A stretch of 64,000 nt of DNA from Albugo candida (GCA_040437565.1 JBDOQK010000006.1:62001-126000); one strand, 5' to 3'; positions 1 to 12,239 are shown, counted from the stretch's first letter. Notes: generated by a model not told the origin, from the sequence alone. Translations and numbers: made by a program.

Positions 1-169
1 GAACTACCTGACTGCCAAAAAACGATAAATGATGCGAATGTGCTTTCCACGTCAACAGATACTATGTTTGTTACAGAGCAGCAAATAACTTGTAGATTGA
101 TGCATCAAAATGCGCTCAGTACAAAATGCTGCAACCGACAGCAACCCAGCGCCTCAATACTTTTTGGTG

Positions 170-943
170 TTTGTGATGGATGTGAAACTCGAAACAGTTC
201 GAAATGTCAATGAATCAGCCCGACTCGAGTTGCAGTGCAACAAAATAAAATAAAGTCATTCCCACCTGCTCATTTGGAAGCTTCCTACGTAGAACAGATT
301 CCTTATGTATGACACCTACAGACATCTTTGTAAGTATCTCGACCATATCATGGAATGCGAACAGTGCGATCTTGATTCAGCTTGAGAGTGACGAGATGCA
401 ATTACCCTTCACGTACACCTCTTTGTTTACTTTATCCACATTTCTCTACGTCTAAAGCAAGTGCCAAACTATCGACCAAGAATAGAAAAGGCATGACGTC
501 GTTGCATCTGCAAACTCATGACACGCTGAATTCGCGTGAATGTTTTGCGGAGGATGGAACACGATTGTCAATATTTCTCATGCCATAGATTTGAGGCATT
601 CTTTGATGATGTATGAACGCAAGCTGGAAGAAGACAGTAATTCATCCCGAATACCCATGCAGTTCCGATTGCGTGTTGTGAGATCACAAATGACGAGTGG
701 AATAAGCTCAAGGAATTGGCTCGGTTACCAGAAGAACGCCATCGTCTGAAGAGCCCGCACGAAGCTGATATGTCTAATTCACGGGCGATAGACCCTACTA
801 CGTGGAATCCTGTTGATTCTTACGCTCTAGACGCAAAGGCTGACATATCAAAGCAAAGTTGTGATGGAAATGATCGAAGACGAAGCGCAATTAGTCACAA
901 AAGTGTCCCTTTTTTGAATATGTTGGAGCGCAGCACACTTTAA
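170..943 (+). pseudogene. Decayed, internally deleted duplicate of the BED-hAT gene (4490-7510) and its upstream region
   Basis: ~550-730 matches ~6460-6645 (WNTIV...YERKLEEDSNSSRIPMQ vs WNTIV...YKRKLEEDSNPSRRPMQ; shared tgcgtgttgtgagatcacaaatgacga). 731-890 matches ~6974-7120 (KSPHEADMS...KQSC). 170-345 resembles ~4073-4320. A frameshift and large deletions are present. Confidence 0.85.
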
Positions 944-2024
944 ATGGCGTAAGAGGTCGTCCTAGCCTTACATTTGGCTTGGTTAATGCGCCATTAGTTT
1001 TTTAGTTATCTTCCGAATGGTTTGTGCTTCTTGCGAATCTCAAAGCTGTTCCAGCACTTGCATCTCGATCCTACAATAGAGCTGATCTGGTCACTCGTCG
1101 CTGTCAATGATTCATTTGGTATGGCTATGAACCCCAGCATTCATCCACAACATACAAACAGTTTTCTTAAGCTACTTTATAGTTTCTAAATTTTGCATCC
1201 TCGTAAAGATCTATTGTGAGTGTACTACAATCTGCAGTCTAAATTTCTTTGTCAAAGATCTTGGCAGCCCGTGTGCTTTTCAGAGCACCGTCAAATGGTG
1301 CAGATCGTTCTACTGCTATGCATACATCTAATCTTGCAGCTGAATGCCGCAGTTTCGTTCCAATAGAAATTTTCTGCAAATTCCTACTTCAGCTGCTAGG
1401 GACGAGGATTTGCGAGCGAGAGACAAAGTGCTACCGCGGTCACTTCTATTAGATTGCATTACATCACGTAATTGCCGGCAGTATATATCTCGAACAATCT
1501 TGCATTAATAAAGCCCCTACCATATGTGCCGATCAAGTGACCAGCCCGGCGCACTTGATGAGAAGTGTTATTAAGCACTTGGAGAAAGCGGCAACAAAGT
1601 AGGATGATTGCGTGTGCTACATCATTTTCGCAAGCCAAATATGTACGAAGCGAGCGGATTCTTTGGACCAAAGGCACAGTATCACCGCTTCATTTAAAGG
1701 TCAATAAGATGATGCTCATAACAGTGCGTTCTGTTAAATTCCATTGCATAAATGGCCACAAAAGAATACGCCATGACTCTTCGAAAGCGCAGGCACGTTG
1801 ATGCGATTGATCCAATCCTCGCTTAAAGCCACTTTGTTCGGCTTTATGCAGTGCACGTACCAAAATCATCAGTCGGGTTTTAGTGAAGGTAGAAGAGAAT
1901 GTGTGGGGCGCTCATCCGGCGTATTGAATTGAGAATTTGAAATGCTTGGCGTCTTGAATGTGTACATAGGTGGTCTGAACAAATGTTACTCTTACTTAGA
2001 GAGGAAAGACGAGAAAAGAAATGT

Positions 2025-2549
2025 TTATTTGTATTTATCACAGGCGTGATTAGCCTCATAATTATAAATGAGGAACAAGATTACTTCCTGATCTGTACTC
2101 AGCCCAAATTTTCCCAGTATGCCTCCATCAAATGCTTCTATAAAATGCAAAATAGTGGGGGCAATCCGAGACTGACGAATTGGTTGTATTTCGAACAAAT
2201 TACCGAGTGCCCCACTAAATAGTTCACCCATTATTGGTATTTGCAACGACTGTAAAACAGTAGCATGCAGGTCGTCAAAGGACTTCTTGCATTGTTGGTT
2301 GAGAAAACCGTCAGAACCGTGTCGGGGTCCCGCAGCGATACATTTGTAGACAAATGATACGCGAACAATTTCGTTCAACGGATGTAAGCTGCAAAAGTGG
2401 CTTGGCATGAATACCAACATCTGCTGATCATTCCACTTGGTATCATGCCAGGTCATATTTTTTGTCGTTGGATCATATACGGGATTCGCAGCAAGAGTTT
2501 GGAGTACGAAAACGGTGGATGTGGCGAAAAAAAGTGCTGGAGAGACCAT
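2025..2549 (-). CDS. Putative secreted orphan protein (174 aa), possibly a truncated or decaying longer gene
   Basis: ATG-initiated ORF with a signal-peptide-like N-terminus (MVSPALFFATSTVFVLQTLAA) and an Inr-like TCACTTTTCGATTTTT just upstream on the - strand (~2567-2582). No recognisable domain. Confidence 0.5.
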   Translation of the reverse strand: MVSPALFFATSTVFVLQTLAANPVYDPTTKNMTWHDTKWNDQQMLVFMPSHFCSLHPLNEIVRVSFVYKCIAAGPRHGSDGFLNQQCKKSFDDLHATVLQSLQIPIMGELFSGALGNLFEIQPIRQSRIAPTILHFIEAFDGGILGKFGLSTDQEVILFLIYNYEANHACDKYK

Positions 2550-4489
2550 TGTATGTTCAGTTGCTGAAAAATCGAAAAGTGATGCACTAAGTCACAGAAA
2601 TGCTTATCCAAAAAGCATATGATTGTCTCGCCTTCTACGCCATTAAGGGTTTTTGTATATGGTGAAAGAAAATCTGAAAGTATAAACTAACAGGGTCCAG
2701 CTGAAACTTACAGTGAGATTGGCTATGTAGTATCGTAGAAGAAATCTATATATATATAGATTTGATACGCCTATCTGGAGATATAGGGCAGCAATCTACA
2801 TCTAGGTGCATGGTGCAGGTTGCAGAAGCTCATTGCAAGCTCATGGCAAGCTCCTAAATATGTTGATGCAACGTTTGCCTGAGGATATGACGGCGATATC
2901 CACCCTTTATAGGATGAATAAGGGTATGTATTTTGGGAGAGGTATTGAAGCCACTTCACTTCTTTACCAGAAAAAGCGCTTGCCCTAATTATAGATCCCA
3001 TTGTGTTCTTACATTATAGATTTGCTGCGACACACATTACGTAATCCTGTGCGTTAGTGACCCACGCATTTTCAAGACTCCCTATGTATGTGACAGCTGA
3101 GAGATCGCACAAATTTGAAGAATTGTGCAAAGGCAAGCCGAATGAGTAGATCAGTACCTCAACTTTCGAACCAGTTTGTTCTAGAATGAGCATAGCGAGC
3201 ATCGCATGAATAGAAGAGCCAGCCACCTCATTCATGTCCATTTACGCCTGTCTAAAGAAGTAGGGAGAAATACATCAAACACATGGTTGCAGATTACTGC
3301 GACTATGTGCTGGTCCAAGCTCATGGCAAGCTCAAGCTCATGGCAAGCTCGTGGATATCACGATGCAACGTTCGCTGGGAGATATGGTGACGATTTAGGG
3401 TCGAGGTATAATTTTTCTGAAGTTTTCGTAGGTTAGAGTTGCATGTTAGTACCTTTTTTTGAAGTCATTATTTACTTTAATATGTCCGTCCGTGTCTTTG
3501 ACATTCTCCAATATGGTTTTATTCAATCTTGACATCAACGACAGCGAATTCGACAGCTGCGAAAAACGCGTCATACAAATAAATTACACATCATGCAGTG
3601 TACTGTCACATGCGAGACACTGAAGCAGTGAATAACAATAGCTGATTCCTTCCTGCACGTTTGTTACATGAGTAAAAATTGCGAAGGCCTCTTTCCAGTA
3701 TGCTTGCGCAGGGAGACATGCTGCTTGTAGATTATTAATGATCAGCACTGTTTTCCCAAGATACTCGAGACCTATACAAAAATCCAATGCCACCTGTGGC
3801 TGGGGACGTCGGGTATCGCTACCGAAAGCAATCGAATGCGGAACGAACACTCTGTAATCTGCGGCTGTTAGGCTTTCTTTACGGCATGTTCATATCTCTT
3901 CAAAAAGAAGACCAGTAATAATTTCAATGTGATTGCTTCGTTAACTAATTGCTCCACGGCACCGAGTAGCAATTAAGGTGCAGATCGAAACATCATAACG
4001 TGATACTGTGACATTAGTACAACTGCTGTATCACTGGATACAATGCACCCCAGTACCGTACACGAAACAAAAGTCTGCGATGAATGTAACATTCTAGAAC
4101 CCCTTAAAAATGCGGAGAAAACCAGCCCGATTCAAGTTGAAGTGCGAAGGAAGATATTGAATTATTCCTCGCTTTTGGACAACTTGACTCGCGAGAATCG
4201 GTCGCAATTCTACCGCAGCAAGCAGAAGAAATTGTCGCTGTAACACAATTACCATGGAAGTGATCTGAAACCACGCGCCACTACTCATGGACACCTATGG
4301 ACATCTTTGCGAGTATCGACTGGCAGTATCTATATCTACTCAGCGAGCCACTGCATAGACAGCAAATGCAAAGCTGGCGACAAGAACACGACAAGGATCG
4401 TGACACGCTGCATTAGGATAAATGTACTAATTTAGGCTATTTGTACTAGCATCTTCAAAACGAGTCATTTTCCAACGCCGCTTAAAAGA

Positions 4490-7400
4490 ATGGACGACGA
4501 TCTGATGGCGGTCCCGGTTCCTACGTTGAGAGCTGAACCGGCGCCTGTCACTGACGCAGACGCGTCTTCATCTTCGGACACACATCGAGCTCAAGCTCAC
4601 AACACAAGCGATGCTGCAGCACTGAGTCATTCCGTCGATTCTTCTTTTGCTTTGCATGCATCCGACGAAGACGATTCTCATTACCGTATCACAAATCACG
4701 TAGCCATCGCCACAGACGACTTTCCTATCGTCTCCCACTCGGATGACACCATGCGTCATGAATCTGGCACGACTACATTCACAGCAATAGAGAATACACC
4801 TTCCAATCACAGCAATGGAGATGCTTGCAATACAAATCGAACGCGGCGACAAAGACGCTCCTCTAAGAGCTGTAGTAAGAAAGATGCAGCGATGATGTTG
4901 CCAAGTTATATCTGGAATTACTTTGTCAAGGATTCCACCGGAAAATATGTTATCTGTACCTTATGTACTGATCAAACCACCCGATTTGCCTATTCTGGTG
5001 GAACCAGCACCATGAACCGACATTTACGTAAAAAACATCACAAATTTGCTCCGGGAAAATCAGCGGCAGACTATGAGAAATCCAAATCGTCTTCAACTTT
5101 CCGACGATATCCATCGAATCAGGGAACCAATAACATTGGATATAACAACATTATGGATGCCGCAGTGTTGAATGGCGTCTCACTCAATGAATTGCAAGCA
5201 CAACGCCAATTTGTGGATCTGCGAAGACGCGGCAATATAGTGTCAGGAACATCATATTCGAAACGAAGGAAACTATTCCCTGGATTAGTGTTCCTGGATA
5301 CCACCACCGACTCGAGCACAAATGGCCTCACCTCATTACCAACTGATTTCGACCCCACAGGCTTTGTAAATCTTACGGCCAATGGATCCATCGGGACTCA
5401 ACTCTCTTCAGCCTTGGATTTCTGCCCAGAATTGGACGCTTCCACGGCCACAAACTCAGGATTCATGTCGACATCCTCGTCCCCGAGTACTGCCCCCAAT
5501 TCCAATTTGACAGCCTCGACTTCAGCTGGGATGTATCAGCCAAGTACGACTGATCACACTGCACTGATCCATGGGTCATACGCTCTTCGGAATCGTGTCC
5601 ATCAAAGTCTTTCCACTCAAAAGCTCCTCGCACATCGCGTATTAAAGTATCTGATTGCTCAATATGAACCGCTCCATTTATCACTGCGCATGCAATCAGA
5701 ACTCCATCAGCTTTTGTTCGGAATGGAACAATTTCTACCGTCAATCCCTTTCCCCACAGAAGAAGCGTTGAAAGTCGCATTAGCCAATTTGTACTGCTCA
5801 CAACGAGAGCTTTTGAAGGAGTTTCTCGTCAGTATCGATCATATGAGCTTTTCATTGAATAATTGGACATCAAAGTATGGTCAAAACATACTCACAGTCA
5901 CAGCCCATTGGATCTCATTGGATTTCAAGCGTCGAGACTGCATATTGGAAGTGTACATTCTTCCTCTTGGGGAACATATCAATACTGTTGCGCTATTACA
6001 TGACGTCATGTACAAATGGGACATTCCAGCTTCCAAGCTTGTGGGATTAGTGATGAGTCAACAAGCCAAAATCGGCCAAGAAGACAACTCTATACCACAA
6101 AGTGCATTACATCAAGAATTCCCAATGCTTTATGTTGTGAATTGCTTTACACAAATGCTCGATACGTCAATGTCGGAAGGATTATCGAAATGTGAAGAAT
6201 TGATTCGACGATGTAGGAATTACGTTTCTTATTTCATACAGAATCCATCCGAGTATCAGATATTCCTATCTCTCAAAGATTTGTCAGCACATTTGCCTCA
6301 AGAAGCCTCAACTCTCGGCCATGATACAAATGGTCAAATGTGTGGGCATTCAGCAGAAGAAACGACAATGAAAACGGAATTGAATGAGACTGTACCTCCA
6401 TGTACTCGGAATACGTATCCATTGACACTCCCAATTTCATTCATTTGTGACTATGACGGACAATGGAACACCATTGTCGATATGATTGTTCGTATTGTGG
6501 AATTGGAGCCTTATCTGAAGATGTATAAACGCAAGTTGGAAGAAGACAGCAATCCATCACGAAGACCCATGCAGCTTCGATTTGCGTGTTGTGAGATCAC
6601 AAATGACGAATGGAATGATCTCAAGGAATTGGCTCGATTACTGGAACCCCTTGGTGATGTCGCCCATCTTGCAAAACAGCGCACGGATTACTATCCGGGG
6701 CTTTCCATAATGTATCCGATTTGGCACAGTATCAAAGAGCATTTGAGAGATTCCACACTTTGGATTACAACGCCTTTGGCAGCTGTTGTCGCAAACACTA
6801 TCGCAAGTTGTTATGAACGCGTGGAGCCTTGTGCTATGGGCTCCTCAGCTACTCGATCATCGTATGTAGCGTGCTTACTGGACCCGCGATTCAAATCACT
6901 CGAGTTTTTGAATTCCACTGAGAAGGAACGTCTGATCGATGAAGTGCGTACTCTACAGCACGAAATGGTATCTGAAGAACGCGATCGTCCCAAGAGCCCG
7001 CATGAAGCTGATCTGTCTGATTCACGTGAGGTGGATCTCACTGCATCGAACTCTGTTGCATCTCACGATGTGAACGCCAAATCGGACGTATCCAAGCAAA
7101 GTTGTGAGCAAAGACGAAGCGCCAGTAGTGGCAGTATCTCCCTCCTTCAGCAGTACTCTCATGTCAAAGACAATCAGACACTGTATCCACCAGATAATGA
7201 AAAAGCGGCTCAAGATCATGTCACACAATACATGGAATCGCCTTCATTGCCTGCAACCGATGATCTCGATAATGATCCGTTAGAGTGGTGGAATCGCTAT
7301 CAGCGTCTGTACCCGTGGCTTGCGAAATCCGCTCGACGGTATTTGTGCGTTCCAGCTGTCTCCATCCCATTCGATGAAGTCTTTACAAAAGTCGGACAGC

Positions 7401-7510
7401 TTATGCGCGAGAAAAAGACCCGACTCGACATTGAGGTCGCTGCCCAAATGTTATTCAGTCGAAGCGTATCGAACATTGCGGAAATGGATCGATTCAATCT
7501 TTCCGCGTAA
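4490..7510 (+). CDS. BED zinc finger / hAT transposase-derived protein (ZBED/DAYSLEEPER-like), catalytic residues degenerate
   Basis: BED finger IWNYF..C-TL-C...GGTSTMNRHLRKKH; hAT core motifs SLNNWTS, VTAHWI, CFTQ, QWNT, LLDPRFK; C-terminal hAT dimerisation region DPLEWW...YPWLAKSARRYLCVPA. Intact 1006-aa ORF; Inr-like TCATTTTCCAA ~25 nt upstream. Confidence 0.9.
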   Translation: MDDDLMAVPVPTLRAEPAPVTDADASSSSDTHRAQAHNTSDAAALSHSVDSSFALHASDEDDSHYRITNHVAIATDDFPIVSHSDDTMRHESGTTTFTAIENTPSNHSNGDACNTNRTRRQRRSSKSCSKKDAAMMLPSYIWNYFVKDSTGKYVICTLCTDQTTRFAYSGGTSTMNRHLRKKHHKFAPGKSAADYEKSKSSSTFRRYPSNQGTNNIGYNNIMDAAVLNGVSLNELQAQRQFVDLRRRGNIVSGTSYSKRRKLFPGLVFLDTTTDSSTNGLTSLPTDFDPTGFVNLTANGSIGTQLSSALDFCPELDASTATNSGFMSTSSSPSTAPNSNLTASTSAGMYQPSTTDHTALIHGSYALRNRVHQSLSTQKLLAHRVLKYLIAQYEPLHLSLRMQSELHQLLFGMEQFLPSIPFPTEEALKVALANLYCSQRELLKEFLVSIDHMSFSLNNWTSKYGQNILTVTAHWISLDFKRRDCILEVYILPLGEHINTVALLHDVMYKWDIPASKLVGLVMSQQAKIGQEDNSIPQSALHQEFPMLYVVNCFTQMLDTSMSEGLSKCEELIRRCRNYVSYFIQNPSEYQIFLSLKDLSAHLPQEASTLGHDTNGQMCGHSAEETTMKTELNETVPPCTRNTYPLTLPISFICDYDGQWNTIVDMIVRIVELEPYLKMYKRKLEEDSNPSRRPMQLRFACCEITNDEWNDLKELARLLEPLGDVAHLAKQRTDYYPGLSIMYPIWHSIKEHLRDSTLWITTPLAAVVANTIASCYERVEPCAMGSSATRSSYVACLLDPRFKSLEFLNSTEKERLIDEVRTLQHEMVSEERDRPKSPHEADLSDSREVDLTASNSVASHDVNAKSDVSKQSCEQRRSASSGSISLLQQYSHVKDNQTLYPPDNEKAAQDHVTQYMESPSLPATDDLDNDPLEWWNRYQRLYPWLAKSARRYLCVPAVSIPFDEVFTKVGQLMREKKTRLDIEVAAQMLFSRSVSNIAEMDRFNLSA

Positions 7511-7581
7511 TCGGATCGTATTCGCATACGGCACAAAGGATTTTCTTCCACATTTCGACTGTCGCGTGTCTATTCAGCAAA

Positions 7582-8336
7582 ATGGGATCCATCCGATTTG
7601 CGCTGTTTCAAGCGATTCTGTTCAGCGCAATTGCCGCGTGTTTGACGAGTGTATTTACGAATCCGTTGAAGCGAAATTGGGACGAGAAGGATTATGTGTT
7701 TGTGCTCGCAGTGTTCACGACAGTGTTTCTCGATCGCATGCGTTCCAAACGGATCGAAAGTATGGTTCAAAAAGCACATTACGAAAAGCGACGAGAAGCG
7801 GCTCTGCTGGAATTCAACGGAATGTATCATGGAGAAGCGATGCAAATTGGAAAGAATGCCACGACATGTGTTCTCTTCTTCGTACGGCGTCTCACTCGGA
7901 GACTCCATCGCTTACTCATTGGAATTCTGTAGGGCTCCTGGTGTCGTGCATCTCGGAAAGCATTACAAACGTTTGATTCCGTCCGAGCGACTGTATCGAA
8001 TGACATCCAATTTGTAGCTCTCACGCAAGAAACCCGCGAGGAATTGGAAATGTATTCCGTCAAAGGCGTTAACGCCGCGTACTTCAAAGATTTGCGAGAT
8101 TTTGACTTTACAATTGCGATGGAGGATGGACGAATGAGCAAAGAGTATCTCGTGCGCTTTGATCTCACAACGGTGCCGTATGTGTTTATCGTCGGGAGAA
8201 ATCGTATGATCGAATGGTACGGCCGCGTCGACGATAAAGCCTTCAAAGTACGTCATCTCCGTTGATGAGTTGGCAACGTGACAGAAACACTTTGTAGCAA
8301 ATGCTGGAAATGAATGCGTCGAATTCGTCTGCGTGA
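7582..8336 (+). CDS. Membrane-anchored thioredoxin-fold (TlpA/redoxin-like) protein with CxxS motif
   Basis: Splicing GT-AG intron 7882-7932 gives CVLFF-GSWCRAS...IQFVALTQE...VPYVFIVG (Trx active-site position and cis-Pro strand). Two N-terminal hydrophobic segments. Last intron ~8248-8297 and the 3' end are uncertain. Confidence 0.65.
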
Positions 8337-9464
8337 GCGCCGCGCCCAGAAGATACACAACGAAGCAAGTAGAAGAGAATGCTACGATAACGTGAAAGAG
8401 CTGATTACATCTTAGTACCGACCTCCATATCGTCGAAATCCGCCATCTGAATCGCCTCTTCCTCCTCGACCCGGTCCACGATCGCGAGAAAATGGAGCAC
8501 GACTCATATCTCTATCTCGNNNNNNNNNNNNNNNNNNNNNNNNNNNNNNNNNNNNNNNNNNNNNNNNNNNNNNNNNNNNNNNNNNNNNNNNNNNNNNNNN
8601 NNNNNNNNNNNNNNNNNNNAATTGGGACGAGAAGGATTATGTGTTTGTGCTCGCAGTGTTCACGACAGTGTTTCTCGATCGCATGCGTTCCAAACGGATC
8701 GAAAGTATGGTTCAAAAAGCACATTACGAAAAGCGACGAGAAGCGGCTCTGCTGGAATTCAACGGAATGTATCATGGAGAAGCGATGCAAATTGGAAAGA
8801 ATGCCACGACATGTGTTCTCTTCTTCGTACGGCGTCTCACTCGGAGACTCCATCGCTTACTCATTGGAATTCTGTAGGGCTCCTGGTGTCGTGCATCTCG
8901 GAAAGCATTACAAACGTTTGATTCCGTCCGAGCGACTGTATCGAATGACATCCAATTTGTAGCTCTCACGCAAGAAACCCGCGAGGAATTGGAAATGTAT
9001 TCCGTCAAAGGCGTTAACGCCGCGTACTTCAAAGATTTGCGAGATTTTGACTTTACAATTGCGATGGAGGATGGACGAATGAGCAAAGAGTATCTCGTGC
9101 GCTTTGATCTCACAACGGTGCCGTATGTGTTTATCGTCGGGAGAAATCGTATGATCGAATGGTACGGCCGCGTCGACGATAAAGCCTTCAAAGTACGTCA
9201 TCTCCGTTGATGAGTTGGCAACGTGACAGAAACACTTTGTAGCAAATGCTGGAAATGAATGCGTCGAATTCGTCTGCGTGAGCGCCGCGCCCAGAAGATA
9301 CACAACGAAGCAAGTAGAAGAGAATGCTACGATAACGTGAAAGAGCTGATTACATCTTAGTACCGACCTCCATATCGTCGAAATCCGCCATCTGAATCGC
9401 CTCTTCCTCCTCGACCCGGTCCACGATCGCGAGAAAATGGAGCACGACTCATATCTCTATCTCG
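7675..9464. repeat. 845-bp duplication across N gap (7675-8519 = 8620-9464); assembly artefact
   Basis: Sequence appears identical on either side of the 100-N gap 8520-8619, offset 945; the ORF track is duplicated. Confidence 0.9.
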
Positions 9465-11471
9465 ATCACGACTTCGTGAACGTCCATTTCGATTATGTGA
9501 GCGTGAGGCATTTCCACTTGTTGGAGGATTCCCCATTCCCGGCTGGAAATATGTCTTGGAAAAGGAGACGCGCATGTGTGAATCGGGATACGAGAGATTA
9601 TCGAGGCAAAGGAGAGCCATCACCGCTTCGTCCATTGTGGCCATTTCAATAATTGCCATTTTGTTGTTTTGTTTGATGAAATGAAAGTTTTTCACAAAGC
9701 CGTACGGTTGAAACAATTCCACCAATGCATTTTGATTCCGTTGTAACTCCATCGGAATGCCGGAAATGTGTAATAGCGGACACGGTGAGACAGCTTCCTG
9801 TGGACTACGTCGACGATAACGATGTAAAGGCGATTGTGAGAAATCCCGCGTGTTCTCCAGCTCAAATAGATCGACTTCTCCGCGCGGCATGGACACATTC
9901 TGATGCTTGGAATAATCGACCCGGAGTTTCTTGTTGAATAGATAGACGCCATCCAAATGATCGAGCGCAGAAGTCGCCTGAGAGTTCACGTCACTTTCTT
10001 GTGCTCCAAACAAATACAAAAACTTACATGAAAATCGTCGACAAACTGAATCAAAGCTGTGTCCTGTTTCCGAAACATAATTTTCACTCGCACGACATCG
10101 CCAAAACATCCGAAAAATGTGAATAAGCGATCGGGCGTCTGTGAATGGAATCGCATAAGTCGCAAAAGGAGAATGAGTGTACGATGACATACCACCAGCT
10201 TTTGATCCATATTGCTGCAGATAAGAACGGGTGAGCGACGTTTGTCTGGACGTAAGGATCGACCTGTCGAATGCGGAGGTAAGCTATAACCGGGCGGCAT
10301 GTGTCCAAACGAGTCGTCATCAAAGCGATCCGGCCCTGGACCTCGCGTGTCGAAACGCGGACCTTCCATGTAGCCCTCATGTTCGTCTGTGAAATCATTT
10401 CGTGGACCGTACACACCACTACCTCCTCTGCCTTGTGAATTCGGTACATCACCGAGCATTCCTGGCATTGGTCCTTCGTCGTAATTGATATCAGGGCCGT
10501 TTCCGTCGGCAACAGAGGGACCCGGAGGCAAGCCCGGATTCATGTAATCCCAAGATCGATCGTTGTTGAACCGAACGCGTAATTCTGGATGTCGAGAGAA
10601 GACGATACCCAACGTGTTGCATCCAGTGTATATATCTCGTCCATCTAGCGCTTGCTGCGCAGCTTGTGCCTGATCGATGGATTCCATTTGCACCAGCGCC
10701 TTGAATTCTTCGTTTTTCCAAAATGTGACCACTTTTTGTACATTGCCAAATTTCTGGAAAACCTATCGATTTTCAAATGTAAAGCAAAGAGCAGCCAAAA
10801 AAACGACTCAAAGACCTGCTGTAAGACATCCACAGTGACGTCATAATCGATTTTGGTCACAGTGACCATAAGAATTGTGTTGGGTGCACCCGCATACCCT
10901 CCTCGTCTTCCCGTTGATCCATTGCCACTATCTCCCGAACGAGAAGAATGCTGATTTTTTGTCATATTCTCATAGTCAGACGAATGTTCCTGACGCGTAT
11001 TCGGTCGATTGGATCGATGGGAATGATTTTGGTCGATCGAATGCTCGTCCTGAAATCCAGCGCGAGTGGTGATTTCACTCCGATTACTATACTCGAAAAA
11101 GATCCTAGCTCCTCGTATCGTCGCATCTCGAGTTTGGTAAAAGTTTATGAGATTTGTCGCTGACGAAACATCCGGTAATTGCACAAATGCTTGTGATTTC
11201 TGTGTGATAAGTAGAGATTTCTCGACAACAGCGAATGGACAGCACAATGCGAGCAGCTCGCTTTCAAGACAGTCTTGTGGTAATCCATGGACGAATACAA
11301 CCTAAGCATGCAAGAATTTGGAAATAAAAGCTGTCATGGAAATGGAGTACAACGATGGAGGAAGGAAATGTGTACCCGGGACTCAGGATTACTAGAACGT
11401 GCGCGTTTGGACATTGGTCTGTTATTTTCCAACTCTTTTGCACCACGTTTACCAGTCGCAGGCTCTGTCAT
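9357..11471 (-). CDS. PTB: Polypyrimidine-tract-binding protein / hnRNP L family, 4 RRMs, multi-exon
   Basis: N-terminal KR...KRAR NLS-like; RRM1 VVFVHGLP...QAFVQL; RRM2 VTVDVLQQVF...KALVQM...ALDGRDIYTGCNTL; RRM3 TPDRLFTFFGCFGDVVRVKI; RRM4 LLHISGIP...MRVSFSK; RS/RGG-rich tail. Confidence 0.9.
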
Positions 11472-12239
11472 TTGAGAATTCTATCGCGAAAGAGCTCAGT
11501 GCTCAGGAGTTTTGTTTGAATCAAACGGAACGGAATTGGAAAGTAATGAAAATCGAGCAGAATTAGTGCACTGTGGTGGAAATACAAACAAAACAAAGGA
11601 CGGGATGAGATGAAAGGTACGAGAAACGACGCAACATAGAATGAAGAGGATTTTTGGAGCAAGTGAGTGCGAACATTCCAAAGGGAGGTATTGCCTTATT
11701 TCAACGCATTTCGCACACACAATGGAGAGGATCACAGCTCAAAATGATGCGAACGTCCTATTGTCATTCATTACACTGACGTACCACAACAAATACGCAC
11801 AACGCTTGGACTTGTTCCGCTCGTTAAATGGAGGCCGACCAGCCAAAATATCGTAAAGGTACAGTGAGTCTCTTAATGCAAGACTCTATTTAATAGCCAA
11901 TCGCAATGACAGTGTGTTGGAGCGTCGTTTCAATAGGACCAGTTTGATACAAAAATGCTTCTTGTTTTAATCCGATTGTACTACCGAAAGGCCGAAAATT
12001 TGTTGTATACAGCGATTTTGATTGTTTTTTTGAACGGCACATTTTTGAATTTAGAGTGTTCCTCTCAAAGCCGACCGGTCGAAGTAACAGAATCATTTCT
12101 TTTGTCCCGTCCTTTTTCCTCTGTTTCAAAAAGATATCGTTTGGCGCTTTTCTCCCCTTTCGTCCTCCCATTTCCCCTCTTTGTTTCTTTTAAAGAAGCA
12201 ATCATTTGTGACTTTGCGCCACGTGTTTCAGTATCTTAA

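Noticed and set aside
2742-2763. Perfect palindrome AAATCTATATATATATAGATTT
   Set aside because: Mostly a self-complementary (TA)n microsatellite; no supporting element structure.
3500-4250. Possible decayed CHxC/CCG-type effector
   Set aside because: Only scattered Cys-containing short frames; no intact signal peptide plus motif could be shown.
7675-9464. Apparent tandem duplication of the thioredoxin-like gene and PTB 3' end
   Set aside because: Copies appear identical and abut a 100-N gap: unmerged contig overlap.
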